Source: Octopus bimaculoides (lineage: Eukaryota). Taken from it: 64,000 nucleotides of DNA. How positions within the stretch are numbered: the first letter of the stretch is position 1; each line of letters begins with the position of its first letter. The notes under the pieces are model-generated. The model saw nothing but the letters and a program-made list of their open reading frames with translations. It ran no database searches and was not told the DNA's origin. The DNA lies in the NCBI RefSeq assembly GCF_001194135.2, contig NC_068998.1, positions 39,826,422 to 39,890,421 on the forward strand, read 5' to 3'. Both the position numbers and the translations under genes were made by a program. Shown piece after piece: positions 38,776 through 52,151 of this stretch.

Positions 38776-39967
38776 TTAATTTAACTGACTAGATAACCAC
38801 TCATAAAAATGTTTCTGCTAATGTAAGACATCATCATTAGTATAATTGCTGTTTTCATGTTTATTTCTCCACAATGACTGAATAGGTGATTATAATGTAT
38901 TTCTTAATCCTAAATTTCTCCTATATTTATTGCAATGAATGATCTTTCAGTAATTGCAATGGTAATTGCTGAGTGAACTAGTTTGTGTAAGAATCATCAA
39001 TGGTTCTAAGAGCTTATTAGTCGTCTCTATCTACATTTAACAACCTTCTACATTAAATTCTTTAAGAACCATCTTTTTTTATTGCCTAGCTACAAGGGGA
39101 GAGTAATGTCTAAAATGGTTTACAGGGTTTCTGAGAGTGATAGAAGAGTAGCAGGTATCCTCAAACCAGAAGCCTGACCCAAATACTTACAACAGAGTGG
39201 ACTCTGTTAAAGGCACCCAAAGTGTCAGGTGGTGGTGTTAAACTAGACAATATAGGTTTACCACCCATACAGGCTATGGCAAGACTTGAAGTAAGAACAT
39301 GAAGAGCCAAAACAAATATCACAAGGCATTTTGCTCTACACTCATAATTCTGTCAGTTCACTACGTTAGACAGGTACTTTATTTATTGGCCACAGAAGGA
39401 TGAAAGTCAGTTGCTCCTGTGGGGTTTGAACTTATGCAAGAAGCCAGAATAAATACAGCAAGACATTTCTTCTGATGCTCTCACGACTTTGCCATCTTAT
39501 TCTACACTCAACATCTTTCTCATCAACCCACAACGCTTAAAGTTTATTATAAATGGTCCAACTTGATCTATCTCTCATTAAATTTCTAACACCACAATAT
39601 TCCTTGACCTAAACTATCCAATTAGAAAGGTCATAAATCTTGAAGAACCACACCCTCCTACACCAACTATGTCTAAATTACTCCTTGAGCCAACAAGGCA
39701 GTTTTTAAAGGATAACATAACATGGTACAAATAGCAGCCAAATCTCCTTCAAGTCAAAACCCCTTATCTTAAAATTGAAGGTCAATATAAGATAGTATAT
39801 CTTTAATATACTATGGATGGTCACAGTTGGAAGACTGTTGATCATGGTTCTACTCAACATGAGTTGACCTGGGGCAAGCAAAAACAGCAACAATAGTCAT
39901 TACTATTACAGTTATTACTACAGCCTTGGATACACAAAATCAAGTAGGACTGCAGTAAAATGTGTAG

Positions 39968-40051
39968 CATTCAAACTACAGCAAATTGTGCAGAGCATTC
40001 AGACTGCAGCAAATTGTGCAGAGCATTCAGACTGCAGCAAATTGTGCACAG
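39968..40051. repeat. 28-bp tandem repeat x3 (cattcagactgcagcaaattgtgcagag)
   Basis: Three adjacent near-identical units read directly from the sequence. Confidence 0.9.
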
Positions 40052-40634
40052 AATTCGGATTGCTACATACATTGATAAAACACTTTGACCCAATCAGAGA
40101 GTTCTATATCTGTTGGAAACAGCAGTCAAATATTCCTCAAACTACTAAATAAAAAAAGGGAATATGTAAGACATATTAGACAATGTAGTTAAGGGTACAT
40201 TATATACAAAAATAGTTGGGTTGGTTATTGATGATTGTCTTTTATCATAAATCAGCATGATCAGGATCAACAACAACACAATGATATATCAATACCCAGT
40301 AAGATCTTATTCTATGGTTCAGGGGGTTTCATTTGGAAGAATATCTAGCATTGAAGTATTTCTTCAATAATTTTCATACCCAAAAGGCAAATTTATTAAA
40401 AAAATTTCCGTAGGTTCTCTCAGACTACCTAGAATTCCAGTAGTGACTTTATCCAACATTCCCTTTTACTTCTAGCTCAGGATTTTGTCCATCCACTCCT
40501 ATATCTAATATCCTGCCATACACAAAACACTGCCAAAGACAATGGGGAGGCATCTATGTGGTGGTGTTTTGACCTGCATGCAATATTGTTCCTTCCTAGT
40601 GATACAACACACACACGCAATTTTTCTATACTAT

Positions 40635-40753
<119 letters not shown>

Positions 40754-41125
40754 GGGTTCATTAAACACCTTTCAGTATAATCTATTAACCAGTTTTTGGA
40801 GCCAATCAGGCCTGCAGACTAGAACAGAAAACATTAAATTCTCAAAATTTCAGCCAGAATGTTTATAAGAACATGGAGTATTATAGTTAAACCTTTACAT
40901 TTAAAGTAATGTAATCGCAATGGTTACAAAGCATGGTCAAAGATAATACAATAAATAATAATAATAATAGTTCTTTCTACTATAGGTACAATGCCTTAAA
41001 TTTTTAAGGGAGAGAGCTAGTCAGTTGATTATACTGATCCCAATACTCAACTGGTACTTATTGCACCAACCCAACTTGAAAGGATGAAAGGCAAAGTTGA
41101 CAAGGGCAGAATCCGAACTCAGACC

Positions 41126-41169
<44 letters not shown>

Positions 41170-41805
41170 CCTTTCTACTATAGGCACAAGGCCTGAAATT
41201 TTGAGGGAGGGGGATAGTCGATTACATTGACACCAGTACCCAACTGATATTTATTTTATCAAACCCAAAAGGATGAAGAGCAAAATTTGAACACAACGTA
41301 AAGACAGACAAAATGCTGCTAAGTATTTTGTCCCGTATGCTAACAATTCTGCCAGCTCACTACCTTATTATTATAATGATGATGATTGTTTCTATTATAG
41401 GCAGGCATAAGGTCTCAAATTTATGTAGGAGGGAGCATGTTAGTTCATTACATTGGCTTCAGTATGTAACTGGTACTTTGTTAATTCTGGAAGAATGAAA
41501 GGTAAAGTACAACTTGGCTGGATTTGAATACAGAATATTAAGAACCTGAGCCATTACTCCAGAGCGTCTCGTCTGATGCTCTAAAAATTCTGTCAAATGA
41601 AGACATTATTTATTCTATTACCAATATACTAGATTGGATGTATACAAGTTTACAGCTTCCTTTTTTATCTCTTTGCATGTGTGTGTGAGATGCAACAATA
41701 GGTATGTAGATAAGAAGTTTGTTTTGCAACCACAAAGTTTCAGTCCCACTACATGGGACCTTGGCCTGATCAACGCAAGTGGATTTGGTAGAAGCCCATG
41801 TGTAT

Positions 41806-41886
<81 letters not shown>

Positions 41887-42159
41887 TCATAATCATTTTA
41901 ACGTCTACTTTTCTGTTCTTTTATGGGTGGGATGGAATTTGTTGAGCCAGATTTTCTATGGCTGGATGCTCTTCCTGTTGCCAATCTTCACCTGCTTCCA
42001 TGAATAACATGCACACACAGACATACACAGAGAAGGGTTCATATAGTTTCCATCCCATATTTAATCACAAGGGTGGTCAATGGCTATAGGGGAAGATATT
42101 TGCCCAGAGTTCTGTGCAAGCTATGCCTGTGCTTGTCTTTAGATGTGTGTGTGTGTGTA

Positions 42160-42355
42160 CATGAGTGGTACTGAAAAGTTCCTGGTTTTGGATAAAAGAA
42201 AATATAGGAGGATCAGTTAATTATGATTTTATTCACACACTTATTGCAGTGGTCCTTCAGCTTTTCTAAGCCCTGTAAAACAACTTGGAAGGTTGGGCCT
42301 CCAACCAGACCTTTCATGGTACCTTTAAAGCCAGGAAGTTTTCAGCACCCCCTTG
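42160..42355 (-). mobile_element. Mariner-derived MITE (same family as 1219-1423, opposite orientation)
   Basis: TA flanks at 42158-42159 and 42356-42357; TIRs ggtactgaaaagttcctgg / ccaggaagttttcagcacc. Confidence 0.8.
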
Positions 42356-43436
42356 TACATATGTATGTATGTATGTACATATATGTGTGTGTGTGTGTGT
42401 GTGTGTATGTTGAGTATTTCCTAGCAACATGAAACAGTTGCTGCCACAATTACAATTCCTACTAAACTGGTATATACATATATATATATTAAGTACCAAA
42501 AGCTACTGCTCATAAAATCTTTACAGAGACATATATAAAATCCTGGAAAAGTAATGTAATTAAGTAGCAATACTTGTCCAATACATAATGTACACAAAAT
42601 AAATTCCAAACAGCTATTTATTTGGTGAACATGTCAAAATGAAAACTATCTTTAAATTTGATCTGAGAACAAAGAATTTGCTTCTGCAATCAGCTTTTGG
42701 CTTGTGAAATGTTATTTCAATACATTTGACAGAAGTCTTAAACAATTTATTGTCGACTTGATTCATTCAGTGAAGACTCAAAAGAATTCATTTAAAAGAT
42801 TAAAATAAATAATGACAATAATATATAACAGCACCAATGACAACAGTGATGGAAATGATGATGACAATGATGATAAATAACACACATACTATGTATGTGT
42901 GTATATGCATACATACACACATATATATACATGTGTATGTATGTATGTATATAAATATACCCCCCCCCCCCCNNNNNNNNNNACATATATATATTTATAT
43001 ACATATGTATACATGGCAACACCAGGCTCCAAAGAAACTCTGCCAAATTAGATTGGAGCCTGGTGTTGCCATCCGGTTTCACCAGTCCTCAGTCAAATCG
43101 TCCAACCCATGCTAGCATGGAAAGCAGACGTTAAACGATGATGATGATGATGATGATGATGCATACATATACATGCATACATATACATACATACATACAT
43201 ATACATACATATACAACATTGACTCTTATTTCTTAATATTTTATTATAATGCATTTTCAGAATTGTTAGAGTATAAAACAAAATGTATTTTGATATTTAG
43301 TTATGATGCTTTACACTCTGAATTCAAATCCATTGAGCACACACTACATGTCTGTACTCTAGGCATGATAGCCAGGAACTGCTGTGGCCTACTGGTGTGA
43401 AATTTTTCACACATGCACAGGAAAAGTGGTGTCATC

Positions 43437-44025
43437 TCAGGTTTTCCTGGGTCTACCTCTTCCACAGGTTCCCTCTACTGCTAGGGTGTAACACTTTTTC
43501 ACACAGCTGTCCTCATCCATATGCAACACATGACCATAACAGTGCAGCCGTCTCTCTTGCACACCACATCTGATGCTTCTTATGTGCAACTTTTCTCTCA
43601 GGGTGCTTAAACATTGTTGTGTATGCACGCTGACATTACACATCCAGCGGAGCATACTAGCTTCATTCTGTGCAAGCTTATGCATGTCCTCAGCAGTTAC
43701 AACTCATCTTTCACTGCCATGTAGCATGGCTGTTCGCACACATGTGTCATACAGTCTATCTTTTACTCTGAGCGAGAGGTTCTTTGTCACCAGCAGAGGT
43801 AGGAGCTCTCTGAACTTTGTCCAGGCTATTCTTATTTTAGCAGCTGCACTCTCAGAGCATCCACCCTCGCTACTGACTTGGTCACTTAGGTAACGGAAGC
43901 TATCAACTACTTGTAGTTTTTCCCCTGGCATGTGATGGAAGCTGTTTTCTGCACATTTTCAATGTTTATTGCCCCTGGGCATTTGCCACATACAAAAACT
44001 ATCTTCCCAGTTAGCCTTCCTTTAA
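43437..44025 (-). mobile_element. RTE-clade LINE, degenerate ORF2 C-terminal fragment
   Basis: GEKLQVVDSFRYLSDQVSSEGGCSES...IRIAWTKFRELLPLL...LYDTCVRTAMLHGSE and EASMLRWMCNV...ERRLHCYGHVLHMDEDSCVKKC...GTCGRGRPRKT are typical RTE post-RT motifs. Confidence 0.92.
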
Positions 44026-44236
44026 TCATCATCATCATTTAACGTCTGCCTTCCATGCTAGCCTGGGTATATATATGATCTGAGTTAACCAATAGAGGTC
44101 TAACATCTAGAAGCCATCTTGAAATGTGTCACACCTTGTTACTCTGTTTGTCTGTCTGTATGTATGTATCTTTCTCTCAACCTAATGAGATAAGTTCATT
44201 CAGCAGGCCTACAAACTGTTATTAAATAACAAGAGT

Positions 44237-44390
44237 GGCTGTGAGATAAGAAACTTGCTTTCCAACCACATGGTTCCAGGTTCAGTCCCACTGCATGGCA
44301 CTTTGGGAAAGTGTCTTCTATTACAGCCTTGGGCCAACCAAAGCCTTGTGAGTGGATTTGGTAGATGGAAACTGAAAAAAGCCTGTTGCA
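44237..44390 (+). mobile_element. Abundant tRNA-head/CORE-like SINE ending in (TA)n/(CA)n; further copies at e.g. 12500-12750, 19290-19430, 25130-25280, 33659-33885, 34665-34800
   Basis: ggctgtg..aagaa.cttgct...ggttcagtcccactgc...ggg.aagtgtcttcta.ta.agcc..gggcc.accaaagccttgtgagtggatttggtaga recurs through the window. Confidence 0.8.
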
Positions 44391-44591
44391 TATATATACA
44401 CACACACACACTTTATTAAAAAGCAACAAAAATATCACAAAAACTGTTACTCAGAGTTTCATGTTCCCATTCGGACAGTTTTGTTTAGAATTCCAAACAA
44501 AACTGTATGACAAAACAGAAACGTGAAACTCTGAGTAACAGTTTTTTGCATTTATGTGCTTACTCTGGTGTATATATATATATATATATAT

Positions 44592-45375
44592 ATAGGAAAA
44601 TAAAAAATAATAATAATAAGGCAGAATGCTAAACTGAAAGCATATTTTAATATAGATGTGTATAAGGAGGATAAAAAAGGATTTCTAACCGGCTTTCATT
44701 GCATGGCAAATTTTCAAGAAGAGCTAAAATGAAAATAATATTTTTTACAAAAATATAAAAAATATATAAAAAAATAAATATACCAATACATTATATTGTC
44801 TTTGAGTTTTTAAAGTTCAATGGTATTCCATGTAGATGATTGTTAGATAGATTAAGATGCATGGAATTAAGAATGGTGCTGTGTTTAAAAAAGACTGAGA
44901 GTTTATGTGTTAAACAGGAAGTGTGGTGTCAAAATAGGAAGTGTGTGTAAGGGAAGACAATTCTGTGGGTTTTATACTCCACCTAAAGAGTATAAAACCC
45001 ACAGAATTGTCTTCCCTTACACACACTTCCTATTTTGACACCACACTTCCTGTTTAACACAAACTCTCAGCCTTTTTTAAACACAATACCTTTCTTAATT
45101 CCATGCATCTTAATCTATCTAACAATCATCTACATGGATTACCATTGAACTTTAAAAACTCAAAGACAATATAATGTATTGGTATATTTATTTTTTTTTA
45201 TATATTTTTGATATTTTTGTAAAAAACATTATTTTTATTTTCCCTCTTCTTGAAAATTTGCCATGCAATGAAAGCCGGTTAGAAATCCTTTTTTATCCTC
45301 CTTATACACATCTATATTAAAATATGCTTTCAGTTTAGCATTCTGCCTTATTATTATTATTTTTTATTTTCCTAT
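44592..45375. repeat. Long fold-back palindrome: ~388-bp arms, 8-nt loop (44980-44987)
   Basis: The right arm is the reverse complement of the left with only scattered substitutions and short indels, e.g. gggaagacaattctgtgggttttatactc-cacctaaa-gagtataaaacccacagaattgtcttccc. Confidence 0.97.
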
Positions 45376-45417
45376 TATTTCTCCACGTGCGGTTTACACA
45401 ACCCCACCATTCACTGA

Positions 45418-45457
<40 letters not shown>

Positions 45458-45500
45458 CATACAGACAGACAGATATATGTATGAATACATGTATAAATAT

Positions 45501-45814
45501 GTGCAATTGTGGTTAGGGTATTCAACTGGCAATCCTAAGGTTATGAGTTCAATTCCCACCAGCACATTGTGTCCTTGAGCAAGACTCTTTATTTCACACT
45601 GCTTCAGTCCACTCATTGGTGAAGAGAACTTGTACCTGTAATTCAAAGGGGCCAGATTTGTCATATTCTGTCGAACACTGAATGTTTCTGAGAACTTCAT
45701 TAAGGCTATGTGTGTCTGTGGAGCACTTAGCCAGATGCATGTTAATTTCATGAGCAGGCTGTTCTGCTGATCGGATCAACTAGAACACTCATTGTCATAA
45801 CCAACGGAATGCCA
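45501..45814 (+). mobile_element. Older SINE with a CORE-like 5' half and the same 3' half as the 55123 SINE
   Basis: ttgtgtccttgagcaagactcttta followed by tacctgtaattcaaaggg...gttaatttcatgagcaggctgttc.g.tgatcggatcaact.gaac. Confidence 0.7.
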
Positions 45815-46217
45815 GTTATAGTTATACATATACACACACACGCATATATAAATAGTCCTTCAACTAATGCATACCCCATCATCAAAGTTATCCAGTGGAG
45901 GTAAATACCTTTTTGACATTTGCCAATGAAACCAATCATTCTTAATGCATTTATTTAGAATATTATATNNNNNNNNNNNNNNNNNNNNNNNNNNNNNNNN
46001 NNNNNNNNNNNNNNNNNNNNNNNNNNNNNNNNNNNNNNNNNNNNNNNNNNNNNNNNNNNNNNNNNNNNNNNNNNNNNNNNNNNNNNNNNNNNNNNNNNNN
46101 NNNNNNNTATGTGTGTGTGTGTGTGTGTGTACATATGTATATATCTCAATTCTAGTTTTCTTTTTAGTGAAATATTTACAATAAATATATGTATGCATGC
46201 GTGTATATACAGTTGTA

Positions 46218-46265
<48 letters not shown>

Positions 46266-46619
46266 CAGGTTTATAAATCTGCTTTGATCATCCTGGTTTC
46301 AGCACTAGAGTTGAAGAAAAAAAGAAGTAATGAATGAAAAAGGAAGAAGAAAAGAAATGAATAAGTCAATGAAGAAGATTTGAAAGCAGAGCATGGGGAT
46401 GTAACTTAGTTTACAAATTATGGCTGTTGTAAGTTCTTATTTTGATGGTATGGATTGGTGTTAAGACAGTTGGAGAAGGCTTAGCATAGAAGGGAAATAT
46501 AGAAATATGTAGCAAAAGTATATGTTGAGAAAAAATATGTTATAAAGAAAATTATTGATTGAATAGTAATAATGGTGATTGGTATAATAATAATTATTAT
46601 TTCAAATGTTTGCAACATG

Positions 46620-47270
46620 GGCAGCTTGAGGGAGGTGAGGATTAGTCCATTACATTGACTCCAGTGTTCAACTGGTACTTATTTTACCGACCCCAAAAGG
46701 ATGAAAGGCAAAGCCAACCTTGACGGAATTTGAATTCAGAATGTAGCGACAGGGGAAATACCACTAAGCATTTCATCCAGCATGCTAACGATTCTACCAG
46801 CCCACTGCCTTTATATAATCATCATCATTTAATGTCCATTGTCTATACTGGCATGGGTTGGCAATGCCAACCCATGCCAGGTGGCAAGCTGGCAGAATTG
46901 TTTGCATGCTGGGTAATGGGCAAAATGCTTAGCAGCATTCCATCCATCTTCACATTCTGAGTTCAGATTCTGCCAAGGTTGACTTTCCTTTCATCTTTTC
47001 AGTAGTAGAAAGGATTATCATTGTCATCAACATCATTATTATCATTATTAGGGCAGTGAGCTGGCAGAATCATTAGCATGCTGGGCAAAATGCTTAGTGG
47101 TATTTTGTCTGTCAAATTCCACCAAGGTTGACTTTGCCTTTCATCCTTTTGGGATCGATGAAATAAGTACCAGTTATGCACTGGAGTTGATATAATTGAC
47201 TAGCCCCCTTCCCCACAAATTTTTAAGGCCTTGTGCCTAGAATAGAAATAATTATTATTATTATATGATA
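46620..47270. mobile_element. Head-to-head copies of an (ATT)n-tailed SINE family (minus copy 46620-46810; plus copies ~46885-47000 and 47050-47270); more copies at 12830-13005, 14255-14460, 41150-41365, 54600-54820, 56918-57090
   Basis: Shared motif aagg..gactttgcctttcatcctttcggggtcgataaaataagtaccag appears in both orientations. Confidence 0.8.
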
Positions 47271-49141
47271 TTTTTTGTATCAGCTTCTATATTAACTTAT
47301 ATATTTTCCCTACATATTTCAATAGTCCACTTCACTTCTCTTTTAAGTATTTTCTGTTGAATCCTATACATACATGAAGTTGTGGATCTTTTCCTCTATA
47401 AATAGACTTAGAACAGCCATGATTCCAAACTGAGCCATTCTCCCTAATGGAATTTTTTTAGCACCATCAGCTTCTGGCTCCATTTTCACATTTTTTTCCT
47501 TCTTCCTTTCATTCTTCAGCTTTCCTTTTTTCTTCTCCATTCTAATATCTATTCCTTCAATTCTAAGATATTCAATTGCTAGTTCAGAAGAAATGAAAAT
47601 GAGAGAAATTTATAAACCAGAAACTATTGTTATATTTAACTGTAGATATATACATATACTCTCTAACACACATACATATGTATATGTACAAGCACGCATA
47701 TGTATGCTCATACACACACACACTCACAAATATATTCATGTACACACAGACAGTGACTTTCAAAAAATGCTTAGCTACCTGTTGTTTTTTCAGTATTTTT
47801 TTTTTTTCTAAATAGATATATTCTATATTCTTTGCTAGTACAAATATAAATTTTATTGCATTTTTGGATTAATTGTAACTTTAATTTAAAAGAACACATC
47901 AATGTAAACCACTGGGGGATAGGAACAGATATCACTGAATTTACATGATACAAGTCATTGGGTGATATCAATGTGGAAAGTCCTGAGATATAGCCCAATT
48001 TTTTTGGTATTAACCACAATATGATGACTAATTTAGCCAAGGCATTACTGAGTGAAGAAGAGATCTGGAAGGATGCAGAAAGTTCCTGAGAAAGTAAAGG
48101 GAGAAGTTATTAAACACAGACTTGCAACTGTTAGGGAGGCTGCAATCTCTATGGTTTTGCCACCATATTGCATAAAGAACGGTGTTCAAAGACCTTAGAT
48201 ATGAATGAAGAGATGCAAGAAAGAAGCCAACAATTTCAAAAGCTAATAACACTAAAATGTTAGGCTGTACTAAAGAATTCTGTATAGGGAAGACAAATTT
48301 TGATCATTGATATGTGATCTGACGTTATCAATCGTCAGCAAATTCTGACAATTTTTCCTGTTCAAGACAAATATCTGAAATAAACTGAAACAGGGGAGCA
48401 GGGTTGTTTGAACAGAACAAAGGGGCAGCTTGGGTGATGCTTACCACTTTACAGAGTATACTGGTGATTTATTATGACACCAGAACTAGTGAGGTGGCCT
48501 GACAACTTGCAGGGCCCTTATAACTGAAGGAGGATACAAGAAAGGTGAGATGGTTCTAGGTGGGGTGATGAAGGATGGTAAAGTAAGATGAGAAGAAATA
48601 TAGAGTTGTGAAAAGGTGGTAGTAGAGAAAAAAGCATAATAGAGTAGACACTGTTGAAGGAGGGAGTATGGCAGGGACAATAGAAGGAATTAATGCCAGG
48701 AGTTAGCGAGAAAGGAAAAGACAGCATGGAAAGGTGATAAGGCAAGTAGTGTGGGGGTTTTGTTTTGCTTTGTGAGCAAACATAGATATCCACTCAGCTC
48801 TCTAGCCTTTGACCCAACAGTACATTGAAGATATGACAGCTGGAGAGACTCCAGTTTAGTTAGCTGAAAGTGAGTAAACTGGAGTAATGTGAAATGAAGT
48901 TCCTTGCTAAAGAATACAATGTGTTTCCCAGTCTAGGATTTGAACCCATGCTTTTATGATCACGAGCCCAATGCCCTAACCACTAAGCCAAATATGGACT
49001 TTGGAGCATGATGTAGCTCTGCAACTCACTGGATCCTGTGAAATTGTCCAATCCATGCCAGTATGGAAAACAGATATTAACTGTTGCTACTGACACAAAC
49101 ACATCCATGTACACATATAGGTATTCACATTCACACACATT

Positions 49142-49185
<44 letters not shown>

Positions 49186-49267
49186 GGATCCTGTCAAACC
49201 ATCTCACCCATGCTAGCATGGAAGGCAGACGTTAAATGATGATAACGACGACGATAGGTATATATAT

Positions 49268-49957
49268 CATCATCATCATCGTTTAACGTCTGCTTTCCAT
49301 GCTAGCATGGGTTGGACGATTTGACTGAGGACTGGTGAAACCGGATGGCAACACCAGGCTCCAGTCCGATTTGGCAGAGTTTCTACAGCTGGATGCCCTT
49401 CCTAACGCCAACCACTCAGAGAGTGTAGTGGGTGCTTTTACGTGTCACCCGCACGAAAACGGCCACGCTCGAAATGGTGTCTTTTATGTGCCACNNNNNN
49501 NNNNNNNNNNNNNNNNNNNNNNNNNNNNNNNNNNNNNNNNNNNNNNNNNNNNNNNNNNNNNNNNNNNNNNNNNNNNNNNNNNNNNNNNNNNNNNNNNNNN
49601 NNNNNNNNNNNNNNNNNNNNNNNNNNNNNNNNNNNNNNNNNNNNNNNNNNNNNNNNNNNNNNNNNNNNNNNNNNNNNNNNNNNNNNNNNNNNNNNNNNNN
49701 NNNNNNNNNNNNNNNNNNNNNNCCACCCGCACAAGAACCAGTCCAGGGGCACTGGCAACGATCTTACTTGGCTTGCCGGGTCTTCTCACGCACAGCCCAT
49801 TTCCAAAGGTCTCGGTCCGTAGTCATCGCCTCGGTGAGGCCCAATGTACGAAGGTCTTGCCTCACCACCTCAGCCCAGGTCTTCCTGGGCCTACCTCTTC
49901 CACGGGTTCCCTCAACTGTTAGGGTGTGGCACTTTTTCACGCAGCTATCCTCCTCAT
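49268..49957 (-). mobile_element. 5'-truncated, little-diverged RTE LINE: ORF2 C-terminus, stop at 49766-49764, 3' UTR (partly in N-gap) and (GAT)n tail
   Basis: EDSCVKKCHTLTVEGTRGRGRPRKTWAEVVRQDLRTLGLTEAMTTDRDLWKWAVREKTRQAK*; many CpGs are retained. Confidence 0.9.
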
Positions 49958-51235
49958 ATATATATATATATTCTTTTATTCTCTCACTCGTTTCAGTCAT
50001 TGGACTACAGACCACAGACTGCCGTGTGTGTGTGTGTGTATACAAATATATATATGAATGTATGTACATATGTGTGTATGTGTGTGTGCATGCGTGCATG
50101 CATATATATGTATATACATGCATATATATTTATGTATGTATACATTCTATTTTACTCTACCTTCGGTATTTGAGTACATTTTTTTCAACCTTGTTTTGCA
50201 CCTATGTGCTTACATGTGTATATATACAAATGTATATTTTTATGTGCATGTATGTATGTATGTATATACATATACATATATATATATATACATACATACA
50301 TATACATATATATATATACACACATACATACATATACAATATATATTTTCATAAGTATTATATATACATATTCATGGAGAAACACACACAAATACAAAAA
50401 CATTCATATGCATACACACACTGGAGGAAGATAATTTCAATGAAAGATGAGAGCAAAGAAGGTGAACCAATAGAATTAATTCATTTAAATTTGCTAATCT
50501 TATTTCATAAAACTTAGCAAATTCATCAATCATAGCTCAAAGACATGTGTTACAGTAAGTCTGCAGTGGTAGTGGTGGCGAGGAAGGAGAAGCAAATGGG
50601 TTTGTCCCTCTCCCAAAAAACACACACACANNNNNNNNNNNNNNNNNNNNNNNNNNNNATACATATACATATATATATATATATGTATACGCACACACAC
50701 ATATGTACACACAATGTGGTTCCTTAATACCTTCATTTTGACAGTGAATTATTTGTTAATAAGACAGTCATATTCACTACCAACCCCACTACCATTACGA
50801 TGATCACCACTACTAATACCACCACCACCACCACTACCACTGTCATCATAACCATCAGTGTCATCAGTTTCACCATTACTAACAATAGCCAACACCACTA
50901 TCAGCACTGACATCATCCTCATCATTATCAATACTATCATCACTTCCTCCACCACCACCACCACCACCACCACCACTGTCATCAACACCACTGTTATTGA
51001 AGCACCACCATCTCTTCCTCTGAGACTGGCACACTGCAGTTCATATAGGAATATGGCTCATAATATACCAAGAATCAGATTATATATTTTTCTGATACAA
51101 TATGACAAACTACTGATGAGTGAGGGTGGATATGGCTGTGATGGTGGTGGTGGTGATGGTGTTGTTTAGCCCCATCCCATCTTATTTAACTGAGACAGCA
51201 TTACGCAAATGTGGCTATCTATTTCTAAGACTGTA

Positions 51236-52151
51236 TGAGGGGCGGCTGAAAAGTTCATAGGCTGATCAAGATACTATCATGGAACGTGACCAAATGAGGT
51301 TTATTTTACAACATAGCCCCCCTTGAGATCTACACACTTCTTCCATCAGCATTTCAGTGCTTGGATCTCTTTAGCAAAGAAGCTTTCATCCTGTTGGTTA
51401 AAAAACGTCATCAACAGCAAGTATGATATCATTAGTGCAATACTGATTCCCAGCCAAATATTTTTTCATGTTGGGGAACAGACGATAGTTAGATGGGGCC
51501 AAATCAGGAGAATAAGGGGGCTGATCGACCAGTCCAAAGCTAGTCATGCACAACAGACATTGAGAGTAAGGAAACTAAGGATTTGTGTGCTGGAACATTG
51601 TCCTAATGAAACAAAACTGCTTATGCTAGTTTTCTTGGGCATTTGGTCTTCATAACCTTTTGTGACTGCCTCAGCAAGTTGACGTAGTAGTCACTCACCA
51701 TTGATGGCATGCCCCTTTTGAAGATAGTCAATAAACACAATGTCTTTTGCATCCCCAAAAATCTGAGGCCATCACCTTCCCTCTAAAGATGAAACAACTT
51801 TGGCCTCTTTGGAGCAGGTGAAGAGTGGTGTTTCCATTGCATAAATTGTCTCTTTGTCTATGACTCAAAGTGATGAACCCAACGCTCATCCTGGACTAAG
51901 AAATGTTTAATGAAACCAGCTGAACCCTTTTTTCTGCAGGTACCCGGGAATACCACTATGCTAAATTTTGTCCATTTTCAAGAGAATTCACTACTACTTT
52001 TGAAGTCTTCTTTGAACAGTCAAATGTCAGTTTACCTGGAAAGAAACAATGCACTTATTAATAAGAGGAGCTGAAAGCAATGCATGCAAGATTTCATAGT
52101 TCTAGCATCATTTCTTTATAGTTGACCTATGAACTTTTCAAACCATCCTTG
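51236..52151 (-). mobile_element. Mariner (DD34D) element relic with a transposase pseudogene at ~51303-51894
   Basis: TA flanks at 51234-51235 and 52152-52153; TIR core tgaaaagttcatagg at both ends; minus-strand remnants QDERWVHHF, GKVMAS.FWDAKDIVFIDYLQKG, H*DNVPAH, PYSPDLAPSNYRLFPNMKK, WKKCVDLKGGYV. Confidence 0.92.

Noticed and set aside
36831-40051. Tandem arrays as possible CRISPR-like repeats
   Set aside because: The units are adjacent with no unique spacers, there are no cas genes, and the context is a eukaryotic intron.
45850-45940. Minus-strand ...DDG|gtatgc as the missing VPS41 S.DG exon
   Set aside because: The preceding residues (RYLPPLDNF) do not match the conserved NQIS.D...CS.DG context.
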